The notes under the pieces: model-generated
Databases searched by the model: none
What the model saw: only the letters and a program-made list of their open reading frames with translations
What the model was told of the DNA's origin: nothing
Source of the DNA: Planctomycetota bacterium
GTDB taxonomy: Bacteria; Planctomycetota; SZUA-567; H5-PLA8
Length of the DNA: 64,000 nt
Assembly: GCA_045863855.1 (NCBI GenBank)
Contig: BTVV01000003.1
Span: 1-64,000, forward strand
Reading direction: 5' to 3'
In this document: piece by piece, positions 1 through 7,236 of the stretch
Numbering within the stretch: position 1 is the stretch's first letter
How the letters are laid out: the number at the start of each line of letters is the position of its first letter
Translations under genes and position numbers: made by a program

Positions 1-894
1 CCGCGGAGAGCGGACGCGTTCACGCAAGATGAAGTGCAGCGGAGGCTTGACGAGCTGCGCGAAGCCGAACGGTTCGCGCAGCGGCAAGCCAGTCTCCAAG
101 CCGGCGAGGATCTGCTATCCCGTTACGGCTACTTCGGTTTCGACGACGGACTGTACATCGGCAATGCGTATGCTCCGTACTATGTCGACGGCGTGGGGAT
201 TAGCTACGGCGATTCGAGCGCGTTTTTCGGGACGGTCGGCTACGGGTATCCTCTTGCGGGCTATCCGGTTGGATACGGTTACGGCTACGGGCCTTATGTA
301 TATGCCGATCCGCATTACACGTTGCAAGGCGGGCCGCGGACGGGGTCGGCGGAGTCGTTCCGGGCGCAGGAGTTCTACCGGACGTACGGCTACTATCCGG
401 GCGTAACTGCCGGCACGGGAAGCGTTTCGGTGACGGGCGGGACGCTGTTTTCGAGCTACCCGAAGGTGACCGATCCGGCGCGCGGCGTGGGCGGCGTGGG
501 GTATCCGGACGGGAGTTTCAATCGCCTGGCGCGGCCGCTTCCGGCGCACACGACGACGATCGGACCGTTTGGGCCGGGGCAGACGGCGACCTTTGCGACG
601 CTGGGAAGTTATTACTACCAACCGTATTACAGCGGCGGGACGAGCCACGCGGCGCTGAGTCGAAGCTTCCAGCGGCAGTACGGGTATTCGCCCGGGATTG
701 TGTACGGGAACAAGAAATTCGGGTTCGCATTCGGGACGAATTTCAGCGGCGGCTACGGGTATCCGTCCTACGGGAACGGCTACTACGGCGGATCTAATTT
801 CTATATCCAGGGCGGGAATAAGAACTTCCGCTACTCGGTCGGCTTCGGCGGTTTCAGCGGGTACCGCAGCGGTGGATTTGGGTTCGGATTTTAA
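1..894 (+). CDS. Gly/Tyr-rich low-complexity hypothetical protein (5'-truncated by window edge)
   Basis: Frame is open from base 1 to TAA at 892-894, with biased codon usage, repeated YG/GY motifs and a terminator hairpin after it. Confidence 0.75.
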   Translation, partial: PRRADAFTQDEVQRRLDELREAERFAQRQASLQAGEDLLSRYGYFGFDDGLYIGNAYAPYYVDGVGISYGDSSAFFGTVGYGYPLAGYPVGYGYGYGPYVYADPHYTLQGGPRTGSAESFRAQEFYRTYGYYPGVTAGTGSVSVTGGTLFSSYPKVTDPARGVGGVGYPDGSFNRLARPLPAHTTTIGPFGPGQTATFATLGSYYYQPYYSGGTSHAALSRSFQRQYGYSPGIVYGNKKFGFAFGTNFSGGYGYPSYGNGYYGGSNFYIQGGNKNFRYSVGFGGFSGYRSGGFGFGF

Positions 895-932
895 GCGGAA
901 TTGCCGCCTTTTCGAGTGCGGTGTCGCAGCGG

Positions 933-961
933 AAAAAGCGCCCATTTTGGGCGCTTTTTTT
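933..961 (+). terminator. Rho-independent terminator (possibly bidirectional)
   Basis: AAAAAGCGCCCA-TTT-TGGGCGCTTTTTTT: hairpin with flanking A and T tracts. Confidence 0.8.
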
Positions 962-1238
962 GTGTTCAAAATGGTGCGAAATATAGCTTGGGAGAGGCAT
1001 GAACCGCGTGGCGGGGGGTGCTCTTGTGCGGCGGAATTTCGGACGTGTTTTAAGGAGTTATAAGAACAAAATGGGTGTCTATACCACCTCGCGCACGTAG
1101 GGCAAAAAATCGGTTCTGCTATAAAACTGCTATAAATGCATAACGCAAAGCGTAATTTTGGGCGCACGAGGTGCGGCACTGGTGCAGGGGCATTGCACGT
1201 GGGGGGGGGGCTAGTGGGAGCGAGAGCATGTATCGGAA

Positions 1239-1295
1239 GTGTCCAGTTGACGAGTTTCGGTAAAGCAATATGAAGCTGGAATGGCTTGGCCGCAC
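1239..1295 (+). promoter_or_regulatory. Promoter-like repeat, copy 1 (TTGACG-N16-TATGAA)
   Basis: GTGTCCAGTTGACGAG..GGTAAAGCAATATGAA..GGAA..GGCCGCAC is nearly repeated at 2016-2073; both copies lie just upstream of a GTTRRRY site and an ORF. Confidence 0.5.
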
Positions 1296-1328
1296 TGATG
1301 AGGTGAATTGGGATTGGGTTAAGCGCTT

Positions 1329-1670
1329 ATGAACGCTCAGGCACTATTTGTCGAGGCGGTTCGAGCGATGCCGGATTTGCCTGAGCTGTTGCGTGCGCAT
1401 GCTGGCGATGTTACTGGCTTGGAGGAATGCCGGTTCGATTACTCTTATATTGAGTTTCTCGACACGCAGATTCGCCTGAGCCCGCGAGGCCCCGCTTGGA
1501 CCGAACAGCTCAACCGCAGACGCGCTGCACTGTTACCGTTCTGTAATGTCACGCTCTTACGTGGCATAGTGACAGTTGGCGACAGTTACTTCACCGTTCA
1601 GATTCACGTCGAGACCAAAGATGTTATCCATTGGGAGCAAGAAAAGTATGACCCTGCTGCCAAACCGTGA
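1329..1670 (+). CDS. Hypothetical protein, cassette-like
   Basis: 113-aa ORF of lower GC; GTTAAGC core site at 1318-1324 just before the ATG; its 3' end resembles a degenerate attC left end. Confidence 0.6.
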   Translation: MNAQALFVEAVRAMPDLPELLRAHAGDVTGLEECRFDYSYIEFLDTQIRLSPRGPAWTEQLNRRRAALLPFCNVTLLRGIVTVGDSYFTVQIHVETKDVIHWEQEKYDPAAKP

Positions 1671-1690
1671 CCTGAAGCGAGCCTGGCGGT

Positions 1691-1885
1691 GGAGTCGCCC
1701 GCGCGCTGGGCAACATCGCTCGGGCGAAAGGCATGTCCTAGGTTGCCAAAGATGCGGGGCTTAGCCGCGAGGGCCTTTATCGCGCGTTAAGTGCGGAGGG
1801 GAATCCGAGTTTGGCAACGATCCTCTAAGTGGCGAAAGCGCTTGGAATCCGATTCCACGCGCAAGCGTCGGAAGGCGGGGTTTGA
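1691..1885 (+). pseudogene. Addiction-module antidote (HTH antitoxin, HI1420-like) remnant
   Basis: Translates GVARALGNIARAKGMS*VAKDAGLSREGLYRALSAEGNPSLATIL*VAKALGIRFHA, with in-frame TAG (1739-1741) and TAA (1826-1828) and no N-terminus. Confidence 0.85.
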
Positions 1886-2015
1886 CTTCTCGTCGAGGTG
1901 CGGCCGAATGGCAAGCCGCGCTGGACCCTGGCGGGCGGTGCGGTGTAGCGGAGCGATTTTCGTAGAGCCGCGTGCCGAGCGGTCTACCCAACGGAGATCA
2001 TGCCGTTTAGCTAAT

Positions 2016-2073
2016 GTGTCCCATTGACGAGCAGCGGTAAAAGCAATATGAACTTGGAAATACTAGGCCGCAC
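2016..2073 (+). promoter_or_regulatory. Promoter-like repeat, copy 2 (TTGACG-N17-TATGAA)
   Basis: Near-copy of 1239-1295, located about 20 bp upstream of the first cassette core site GTTAGGC (2092-2098). Confidence 0.5.
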
Positions 2074-2105
2074 GTAGGCGGTCGAATACCTGTTAGGCGA
2101 CTACT

Positions 2106-2393
2106 ATGCGTCTCGAAGATTTCGCCGAGATTACGCAGAGAATCATCCACAAGGACGGCTTCGCTGCTTTCTTGCCGACGCTATGTCTGCCGGAGCAGAA
2201 GCACATCTCAGTTCTTGAGGGTGTACCGGAAGAGAAGCAGCCAGAGATTCGTTCCATTGCATTGGCGTGGGCGAGACGCCATGTCGGAGAGCAGGAAGAG
2301 TTTCTGTTGGCTGTTCGCGAGGACGGATCATCATTTCGCATCATTCGGTGCTTTTGTGGAGAGATTAGTGAGAGAGTATTTTCAGTCGCCTAA
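2106..2393 (+). CDS. Cassette-encoded hypothetical protein
   Basis: 95-aa ORF; its TAA stop lies inside the attC inverse core GCCTAAC. Confidence 0.75.
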   Translation: MRLEDFAEITQRIIHKDGFAAFLPTLCLPEQKHISVLEGVPEEKQPEIRSIALAWARRHVGEQEEFLLAVREDGSSFRIIRCFCGEISERVFSVA

Positions 2394-2513
2394 CCAGAAC
2401 GCTGCAGCGAACCGCCGACCCGCTGGGCAGTCGGACGGGTCAGGTAATGTGCTCGCGACTGTTACAGCCGACCGGGCGTTTCCGGCGGCGGTCGCTGAGC
2501 TCTGGCGTTAGGC
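2388..2513 (+). other. attC recombination site 1
   Basis: GCCTAAC-cagaac-GCTGCAGCGAACCGCCG ... CGGCGGTCGCTGAGC-tctggc-GTTAGGC, an imperfect palindrome of 126 bp. Confidence 0.88.
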
Positions 2514-2517
2514 CACT

Positions 2518-2922
2518 ATGCGCGGCGTTCAGATTCGAGACATGAATGAGAGCGGCCACGTTCTTGCCGTTGACCTCCAGCACATCCTCGACTTGTTTGG
2601 TGAGCGCACGATTCAGTCACGATGGCGTGCATCCGAGGTGTGGGCGACTAGCCCAGAGACAGGCGAGGCGGCGGTGGAATTGGAGCGGTTGGCTGACGGG
2701 CAGACGTTCATTACTGGCGAGCATCTCAGCCGCATCGCGCACGATTTGACTCAGGTTATTGATGGCGAGTTCTCGGCTTTCGAGCGTAGCAGTGACTCTC
2801 CGTGGATTATTGTTCGAGCAGTGGACAGTTCGTTCTACGAGGTGTTCTCGACAGACCCAGCGGTTTTAGGTAGAGTTCGCGAATCATTCCAGAAAGTTTC
2901 AGATTGTGATTACATGGCCTAA
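2518..2922 (+). CDS. Cassette-encoded hypothetical protein
   Basis: 134-aa ORF starting 4 bp after GTTAGGC; stop lies inside GCCTAAC. Confidence 0.78.
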   Translation: MRGVQIRDMNESGHVLAVDLQHILDLFGERTIQSRWRASEVWATSPETGEAAVELERLADGQTFITGEHLSRIAHDLTQVIDGEFSAFERSSDSPWIIVRAVDSSFYEVFSTDPAVLGRVRESFQKVSDCDYMA

Positions 2923-3010
2923 CCAGGGCGCTGCAGCGGACCACGGCCCTACAGGTGGATTCCCAGGCTCAGCGCCCCCGGGCCGCAGCCGCTGAGCTTG
3001 ATCGTTAGCC
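2917..3010 (+). other. attC recombination site 2
   Basis: GCCTAAC-cagggc-GCTGCAGCGG ... CCGCTGAGC-ttgatc-GTTAGCC, 94 bp, with the same L-box sequences as attC1. Confidence 0.88.
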
Positions 3011-3025
3011 CATACCTTGGACCAC

Positions 3026-3508
3026 ATGCTGAAACTATATCGCTTCGAAAACGGCAAACCTGTCGCGTACCACGAGGCGTGGGTGCATGGCTCGAAGGTC
3101 GTTGAGCATTGGGGGCCACTTGGTGAAAGAGGGGAAAGCCGTGAGCATCGTGTTGATCGTAAATTGAGCGAAGAGGAGAATGTCGAGCGAATCCTTCAGC
3201 CAGCCTTAACGGAGGGTTACGAGCCAATTGATTTCGACGATCACGCGACGCTTCTGATTGAGTATCCAGTCAACGGGATGGGATCGGCGACTGATCTCGA
3301 AAAACGTCATGCGCTTCAAGATCGCATGAATGAAACTCTGGGCTGGACCGGTCTGGGTCTTTGCGATGGCGGAAGCATCGGATCAGGTACGATGGAGGTT
3401 TGCTGCTTCGTTGTTGATTTCGCTAAGGCCAAGCGCGTGATCGAGGCAGATTTGACCGGCACGAAGTTCTCCGACTACTCCCGCATCTACGACGAGAATG
3501 CGGGCTAA
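3026..3508 (+). CDS. Cassette-encoded hypothetical protein (N-terminus weakly WGR-like)
   Basis: About 160-aa ORF (YHEAWVHGSKVVEHWGPLGERG...GWTGLGLCDGGSIGSGTME); stop lies inside GGCTAAC. Confidence 0.8.
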   Translation: MLKLYRFENGKPVAYHEAWVHGSKVVEHWGPLGERGESREHRVDRKLSEEENVERILQPALTEGYEPIDFDDHATLLIEYPVNGMGSATDLEKRHALQDRMNETLGWTGLGLCDGGSIGSGTMEVCCFVVDFAKAKRVIEADLTGTKFSDYSRIYDENAG

Positions 3509-3537
3509 CCAACCGCTGCAGTGGACGTGCAGCGCGG
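3503..3537 (+). other. attC site 3, left half only (interrupted)
   Basis: GGCTAAC-caacc-GCTGCAGTGGAC matches the left arms of attC1/2, but the right arm is missing and an inverted-repeat element follows. Confidence 0.7.
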
Positions 3538-3800
3538 GGCGAGTGGCCGGTAGGGCGGTGTACTGTGTGCGCAGGAGCAAGCGACTTGGACTTGCTCCTG
3601 GCCGGGCTGAGCGCCGAAGGGAGGCTCGCCGGCAGTGTCCAGTTAGAGATGCGGTCCGCGTTCATGATGGTTGATGCCGAAGCGAAGAGCGGGCGAACGC
3701 GCGGCGGTGGATGCGTCGATGGAGGTTTGAGCGGGTGCGGTCGGTGAGGCACGGAGCAAGCCCACGACGCTTGCTTCGTGGCACCCCGCGGCCACTCGCC
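3538..3800. repeat. Small inverted-repeat (MITE/REP-like) element, long copy
   Basis: Terminal inverted repeats GGCGAGTGGCCG (3538-3549) and CGGCCACTCGCC (3789-3800); both ends are shared with the 5237-5318 copy. Confidence 0.65.
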
Positions 3801-3853
3801 TAAGCGCTTATATTGTATCCTATAGCCCAGCCCTATTTTGGGGGAGTTAGCTC

Positions 3854-4306
3854 TTGAAATTGATTCAGCTAAGTCTGCTTGAATGCCTGATAGTCGTCGC
3901 CACATGGTCGGCAGTCCTCTTTTTTGCGACAAGAACGATGACGGAAATTAAGTGGATTAGCGTCCATGGATTCGATTGCGTATATCTCATGGACGTGCGC
4001 ATGGGTGCGCCGCTAGCCGTATTCAGCAATCGGGTGGAAGCGAGAATCAAACTTAATGGATTCTACGATCATTCCATGTTTAAGAGTTTCGACGGATTGG
4101 CGGAAGTTTATCCGGAAGTCAGCCGCTTAGTGGTCCAACAACAGCCACTATTGAGGACAAGAACTAAGGGGAATGGTGAGTGGATTGTGGGCAATATTCT
4201 CCTTCTATTGCTTCTCGGTGCAGCCGTTTCACTTGGAGCGGTCTGTGTTTCGCGAAAATGGGCTTGTGCCGTCATCGCCGCATGCGGCCCTGCGCCGACA
4301 GAGTGA
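3854..4306 (+). CDS. Hypothetical membrane protein (2 TM)
   Basis: 150-aa low-GC ORF with N- and C-terminal hydrophobic segments; a core-like GTTAGCT at 3846-3852 precedes the TTG start. Confidence 0.5.
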   Translation: MKLIQLSLLECLIVVATWSAVLFFATRTMTEIKWISVHGFDCVYLMDVRMGAPLAVFSNRVEARIKLNGFYDHSMFKSFDGLAEVYPEVSRLVVQQQPLLRTRTKGNGEWIVGNILLLLLLGAAVSLGAVCVSRKWACAVIAACGPAPTE

Positions 4307-4316
4307 GTTGTTTAGG

Positions 4317-4394
4317 CCGCCCCTACAGGGCGGAACGGGGATGGGGGGCGGCAGACCCAGGGCGGCGGCCGCGGGGCGGCCTTGCCCTGGGCTA
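4317..4394. repeat. REP-like palindromic repeat
   Basis: CCGCCC-ctaca-GGGCGG followed by a CCCAGGGC...GCCCTGGG stem in an intergenic position. Confidence 0.6.
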
Positions 4395-4667
4395 ACCAAG
4401 GTTGTGCCTTCGGCACAAGGGTCGAAGACGGCTTGGGGGTTGAAGGGTGGGGCGCTTGGAGAAGGTTGGGGCGGCCAGAGTGTTGGAAAAGTTTGGGGCG
4501 GAGCTTTGGTGAAGGTTGGGGCGTGTGCGGGCGCGGTCGGAAGGTTAGAGAAGGTTTGGGAAAGTGTTTGGCAGGGCGGTTGGATCGGTGGCACGCGGAT
4601 CTGTGCGCGTGCTACCGAGTTATGATTTTCCAGCAGGAGGGTTCGGGTATCTAGGGGAGGGAGCGGC

Positions 4668-5249
4668 ATGCGGTGCGCCACGGACGAAGAGCGGACGACG
4701 GCGATTCGACAAGCCAAGATTGGGCTGGCTTGGCTCGCGCCTGGAGCGACACCCAAAGGCAGGACGCAACGCGCCTTTGAAGATGCGGGGTACGTGTACG
4801 TATTCGAATCCGAGATTTGGAAAGGATGCGTGCTGCTCTTATCGGAGCCCACTAGCGCGTCCAATATAGACCGCAAAGGCGTCCGCATTCGGCACGACCT
4901 CGTTCAGCCTCAGGAGAAGGCTTTTCGGAGTGTATTCAGCCGGCATCTGTGTCTCTTGCGCTCGGGGCGGAACGTGTGGTCGGCTAAGGACTGCCATGTC
5001 GTCGAACCGCTTTTGGATATCGAAGAGCCTGGACAGTTTCATGTCATTGAGATCAAGCGGCGGGTGGCGCGGATTCTCCGTGTGGAGCCGCAAGGTGTTT
5101 CGTGCCTTGAGCGGATTGGCGGCAACGAGCTTAAATGGGATATGAATCCATCGGTGTTGGCGAGCTACGCAGGCCATCAGCCGAGCGTGCTGCTTGGGTT
5201 CAACATAAGGACGCCGCGGGTGGTGCGGCGAACGGCGGGTGGCCGGTAG
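4668..5249 (+). CDS. Hypothetical protein
   Basis: 193-aa ORF with a GGAG-rich RBS; the stop codon is supplied by the downstream repeat; no family recognised. Confidence 0.45.
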   Translation: MRCATDEERTTAIRQAKIGLAWLAPGATPKGRTQRAFEDAGYVYVFESEIWKGCVLLLSEPTSASNIDRKGVRIRHDLVQPQEKAFRSVFSRHLCLLRSGRNVWSAKDCHVVEPLLDIEEPGQFHVIEIKRRVARILRVEPQGVSCLERIGGNELKWDMNPSVLASYAGHQPSVLLGFNIRTPRVVRRTAGGR

Positions 5250-5355
5250 GGCGGTGTACTGGGTGCCTCGGAGCAAGCCCACGACGCTTGCTTCGTGGCA
5301 CCCCGCTACCGGCCACCCACCAAGCCCACGAGGCTTGCGCCGTGGCATCCCGCTA
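5237..5355. repeat. Small inverted-repeat element, short copy plus a partial third copy
   Basis: GGGTGGCCGGTAG...CTACCGGCCACCC inverted ends (5237-5318) around a GGGTGCC-GAGCAAGC/GCTTGCTT-GGCACCC hairpin; partial copy CAAGCCCACGAGGCTTGCGCCGTGGCATCCCGCTA follows. Confidence 0.7.
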
Positions 5356-5394
5356 CAGGGCAGCCGTCATCTCGCCGCAGTCCGTTCGCTTTGA

Positions 5395-7236
5395 TTACTT
5401 CTTATAGATGGGCAGGTAGCGGTAGTAGACTTCCAGGCACATCGCTCCCAGCGCGGTGCTCATGACGCGGCCGCCGCCTTCCGATTGGACCCACGGCCCC
5501 ACGATCGGCCACGAGCCGTCGTCCGCTCCGCCTTTGCATTGGTTATTCAAGAGCGTGGGCTTCATGGCTTCGTTCCAGCGCTTCCACTGGTCCCCGCCGC
5601 TTTGGAAGCAGGTGAGCGTCGCGTAGTACCAGTAATAGAAGTGCGGCTTGTTCCAGTCGGGCACTCCGCCGCCCGGGGTGGTGAGGAAGTGTTCGACGCC
5701 GCCTTGAATATCGTTGGCCGGCACGCCCAGGAAGAGCCGGCCCAGGCAGCCGATCGCGGTGTTGCAGGCGTCGTCCTTGACGCGCACGCCGTTGGGCGCG
5801 GCGGGCGCATCCTTGCGGTAGCCGTAGCGGTTTCCGCCGTAACCGTTCTGCGCATCGGCCAGCGGCAACATCACCGTATCGAGGTAGGCCATGACGCCTT
5901 GGAACGCGGCGGGGTCCACGTTCAGCCCCGCGATCTTGGCGCTCTTGAGCTGCATGACGTACCAGCCGGTCACGGAGGTATCGCCCAGGGCTTCCTTGGG
6001 GCTGTAGCGCCACGCGAGGCGCTCGCTGCCTTCGCCGTACTGGATCTCTTCGCTGTAGTTGACCGCTTTCTGCGCGGCGTCGCGGGTCTCGGCGACGCGG
6101 CCCATGGCGGCGGCTTCGGCCAGCGCCAAACCGGCGATGGGGTGCGAGTAGCTCGGCCGGTCGCCGGCCATGCAGACGAGGCCTTTATCGTTCTGGACCG
6201 AGCGGAGCCATTCGATGCCGCGTTTGACGTTATCCTTATACTTCCCGACCTTTTCGGTATGCCCCGCGCCCAGGAAGGCCAGCAGCGCGAGCGCAGAGAC
6301 TCCGGTGGTGGAGCCGTGGAAGCTGGCGCCGTGTTTGGCCGCGTCCCACTGCCCGCCGGGTTCCTGGTTGCGCGCAAGCCACGCGAGGGCGGCATCTACG
6401 GCGCTTTCGGTGGCTTTGTTCCCGCCGCCGCGGACGGCCATGCGCATGCGGCCGCCGCCCAGGCGCTGCCCGAAGGCGCCGCCCCCGCCGCCGCCCATGC
6501 CCAGCGCGGCCACCGTGCCCACGCCGCCCAGCATCACGTCGGAGATCGCCTGCTCGTCCCCGCGCGCGGTATTCAGGTCCGACTCGTTGGCCGTCTCGAC
6601 ATGCTCGGCGATCTCGACTTCCTCGTGCGTCACGACCGGCGATTCGACGACGACGTTCTCGGCGGTCTCGATGGGCACGGGCTTGCGGAAGATGTCGCGT
6701 TCCAGCGGCTGCTTGGGATCTTCCACTTCGGGTCGGCGTTCCAGGTCGGTCACGATCACCGCCGCGTCGTCCTGCGCACGGTAAATGGCCATGCCGATCA
6801 AGGTGACCAGGAGCAACAGGAGCGCGTGGAAGGCTCCGCTGACGATCCACCAAGGCGCCGCGCCGAGGCGCTTTTCGAGCGCCTCCGCGAATCCCGGAGC
6901 CGGCGGATCGAGTTCCTCGTCCGTGGCGCCCATGGCGACGGCGCTGAGCTTCTCGCTGGTGGTCCCGCCGGTTTCGAGCGCGGCGGTGCGTTCGGCCAAT
7001 CGGCGCTGGGATCGTTCGCTGAAGTCCGGCGAAATGCGCCCCGCGCCGAGCGTGCCGTGAAGTTGCGCGTGGACGTCGCGGAATTGCGCGGCGGCCTTCC
7101 GGCAACGCGGGCACGCGTCGGCATGTTCGCGCAGTTCGGCCGATCGTTCCGGATCGAGCCGTCCTTCCAGATCGGCCACGATGTGGCTGAGCATGTTGCG
7201 GCAATCGACTCGAACGGCCTGCAGCGGGGCGGTCAT
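5395..7236 (-). CDS. Zinc-finger (zf-HC2) anti-sigma factor + TM + prenyltransferase/squalene-hopene-cyclase-like repeat domain
   Basis: HxxxCxxC motif (HADACPRC), TM helix WWIVSGAFHALLLLLV, QW-like repeats (ALAWLARNQEPGGQW, GIEWLRSVQNDKG, LLNNQCKGGADDGSW); start overlaps the sigma-factor stop (ATGA). Confidence 0.85.
   Translation of the reverse strand: MTAPLQAVRVDCRNMLSHIVADLEGRLDPERSAELREHADACPRCRKAAAQFRDVHAQLHGTLGAGRISPDFSERSQRRLAERTAALETGGTTSEKLSAVAMGATDEELDPPAPGFAEALEKRLGAAPWWIVSGAFHALLLLLVTLIGMAIYRAQDDAAVIVTDLERRPEVEDPKQPLERDIFRKPVPIETAENVVVESPVVTHEEVEIAEHVETANESDLNTARGDEQAISDVMLGGVGTVAALGMGGGGGGAFGQRLGGGRMRMAVRGGGNKATESAVDAALAWLARNQEPGGQWDAAKHGASFHGSTTGVSALALLAFLGAGHTEKVGKYKDNVKRGIEWLRSVQNDKGLVCMAGDRPSYSHPIAGLALAEAAAMGRVAETRDAAQKAVNYSEEIQYGEGSERLAWRYSPKEALGDTSVTGWYVMQLKSAKIAGLNVDPAAFQGVMAYLDTVMLPLADAQNGYGGNRYGYRKDAPAAPNGVRVKDDACNTAIGCLGRLFLGVPANDIQGGVEHFLTTPGGGVPDWNKPHFYYWYYATLTCFQSGGDQWKRWNEAMKPTLLNNQCKGGADDGSWPIVGPWVQSEGGGRVMSTALGAMCLEVYYRYLPIYKK

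Larger units (their letters stand above)
2092..3537 (+). mobile_element. Integron gene-cassette array with no integrase in the window (CALIN-like), 3 cassettes
   Basis: Each short ORF is bracketed by complementary core/inverse-core sites: GTTAGGC 2092/GCCTAAC 2388, GTTAGGC 2507/GCCTAAC 2917, GTTAGCC 3004/GGCTAAC 3503. Confidence 0.85.

Noticed and set aside
1201..1210. Poly-G tract as a phase-variation switch
   Set aside because: It is intergenic and upstream of the candidate -35 element, not between promoter boxes or within an ORF; no supporting evidence
1691..1885. Stop-codon recoding (pyrrolysine or alternative code) in the antitoxin
   Set aside because: It has both TAG and TAA, lacks its N-terminus, and both codons serve as normal stops elsewhere in the window; this is decay
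3538..5355. CRISPR array suggested by recurring ~35-bp palindromic repeats
   Set aside because: Only 2-3 copies with irregular spacing (about 1.5 kb and 50 bp) and no cas genes; better explained as REP/MITE-like repeats
1..5400. Integron integrase or transposase associated with the cassette array
   Set aside because: No ORF with tyrosine-recombinase (R..HxxR..Y), DDE or HUH motifs was seen here or elsewhere in the window
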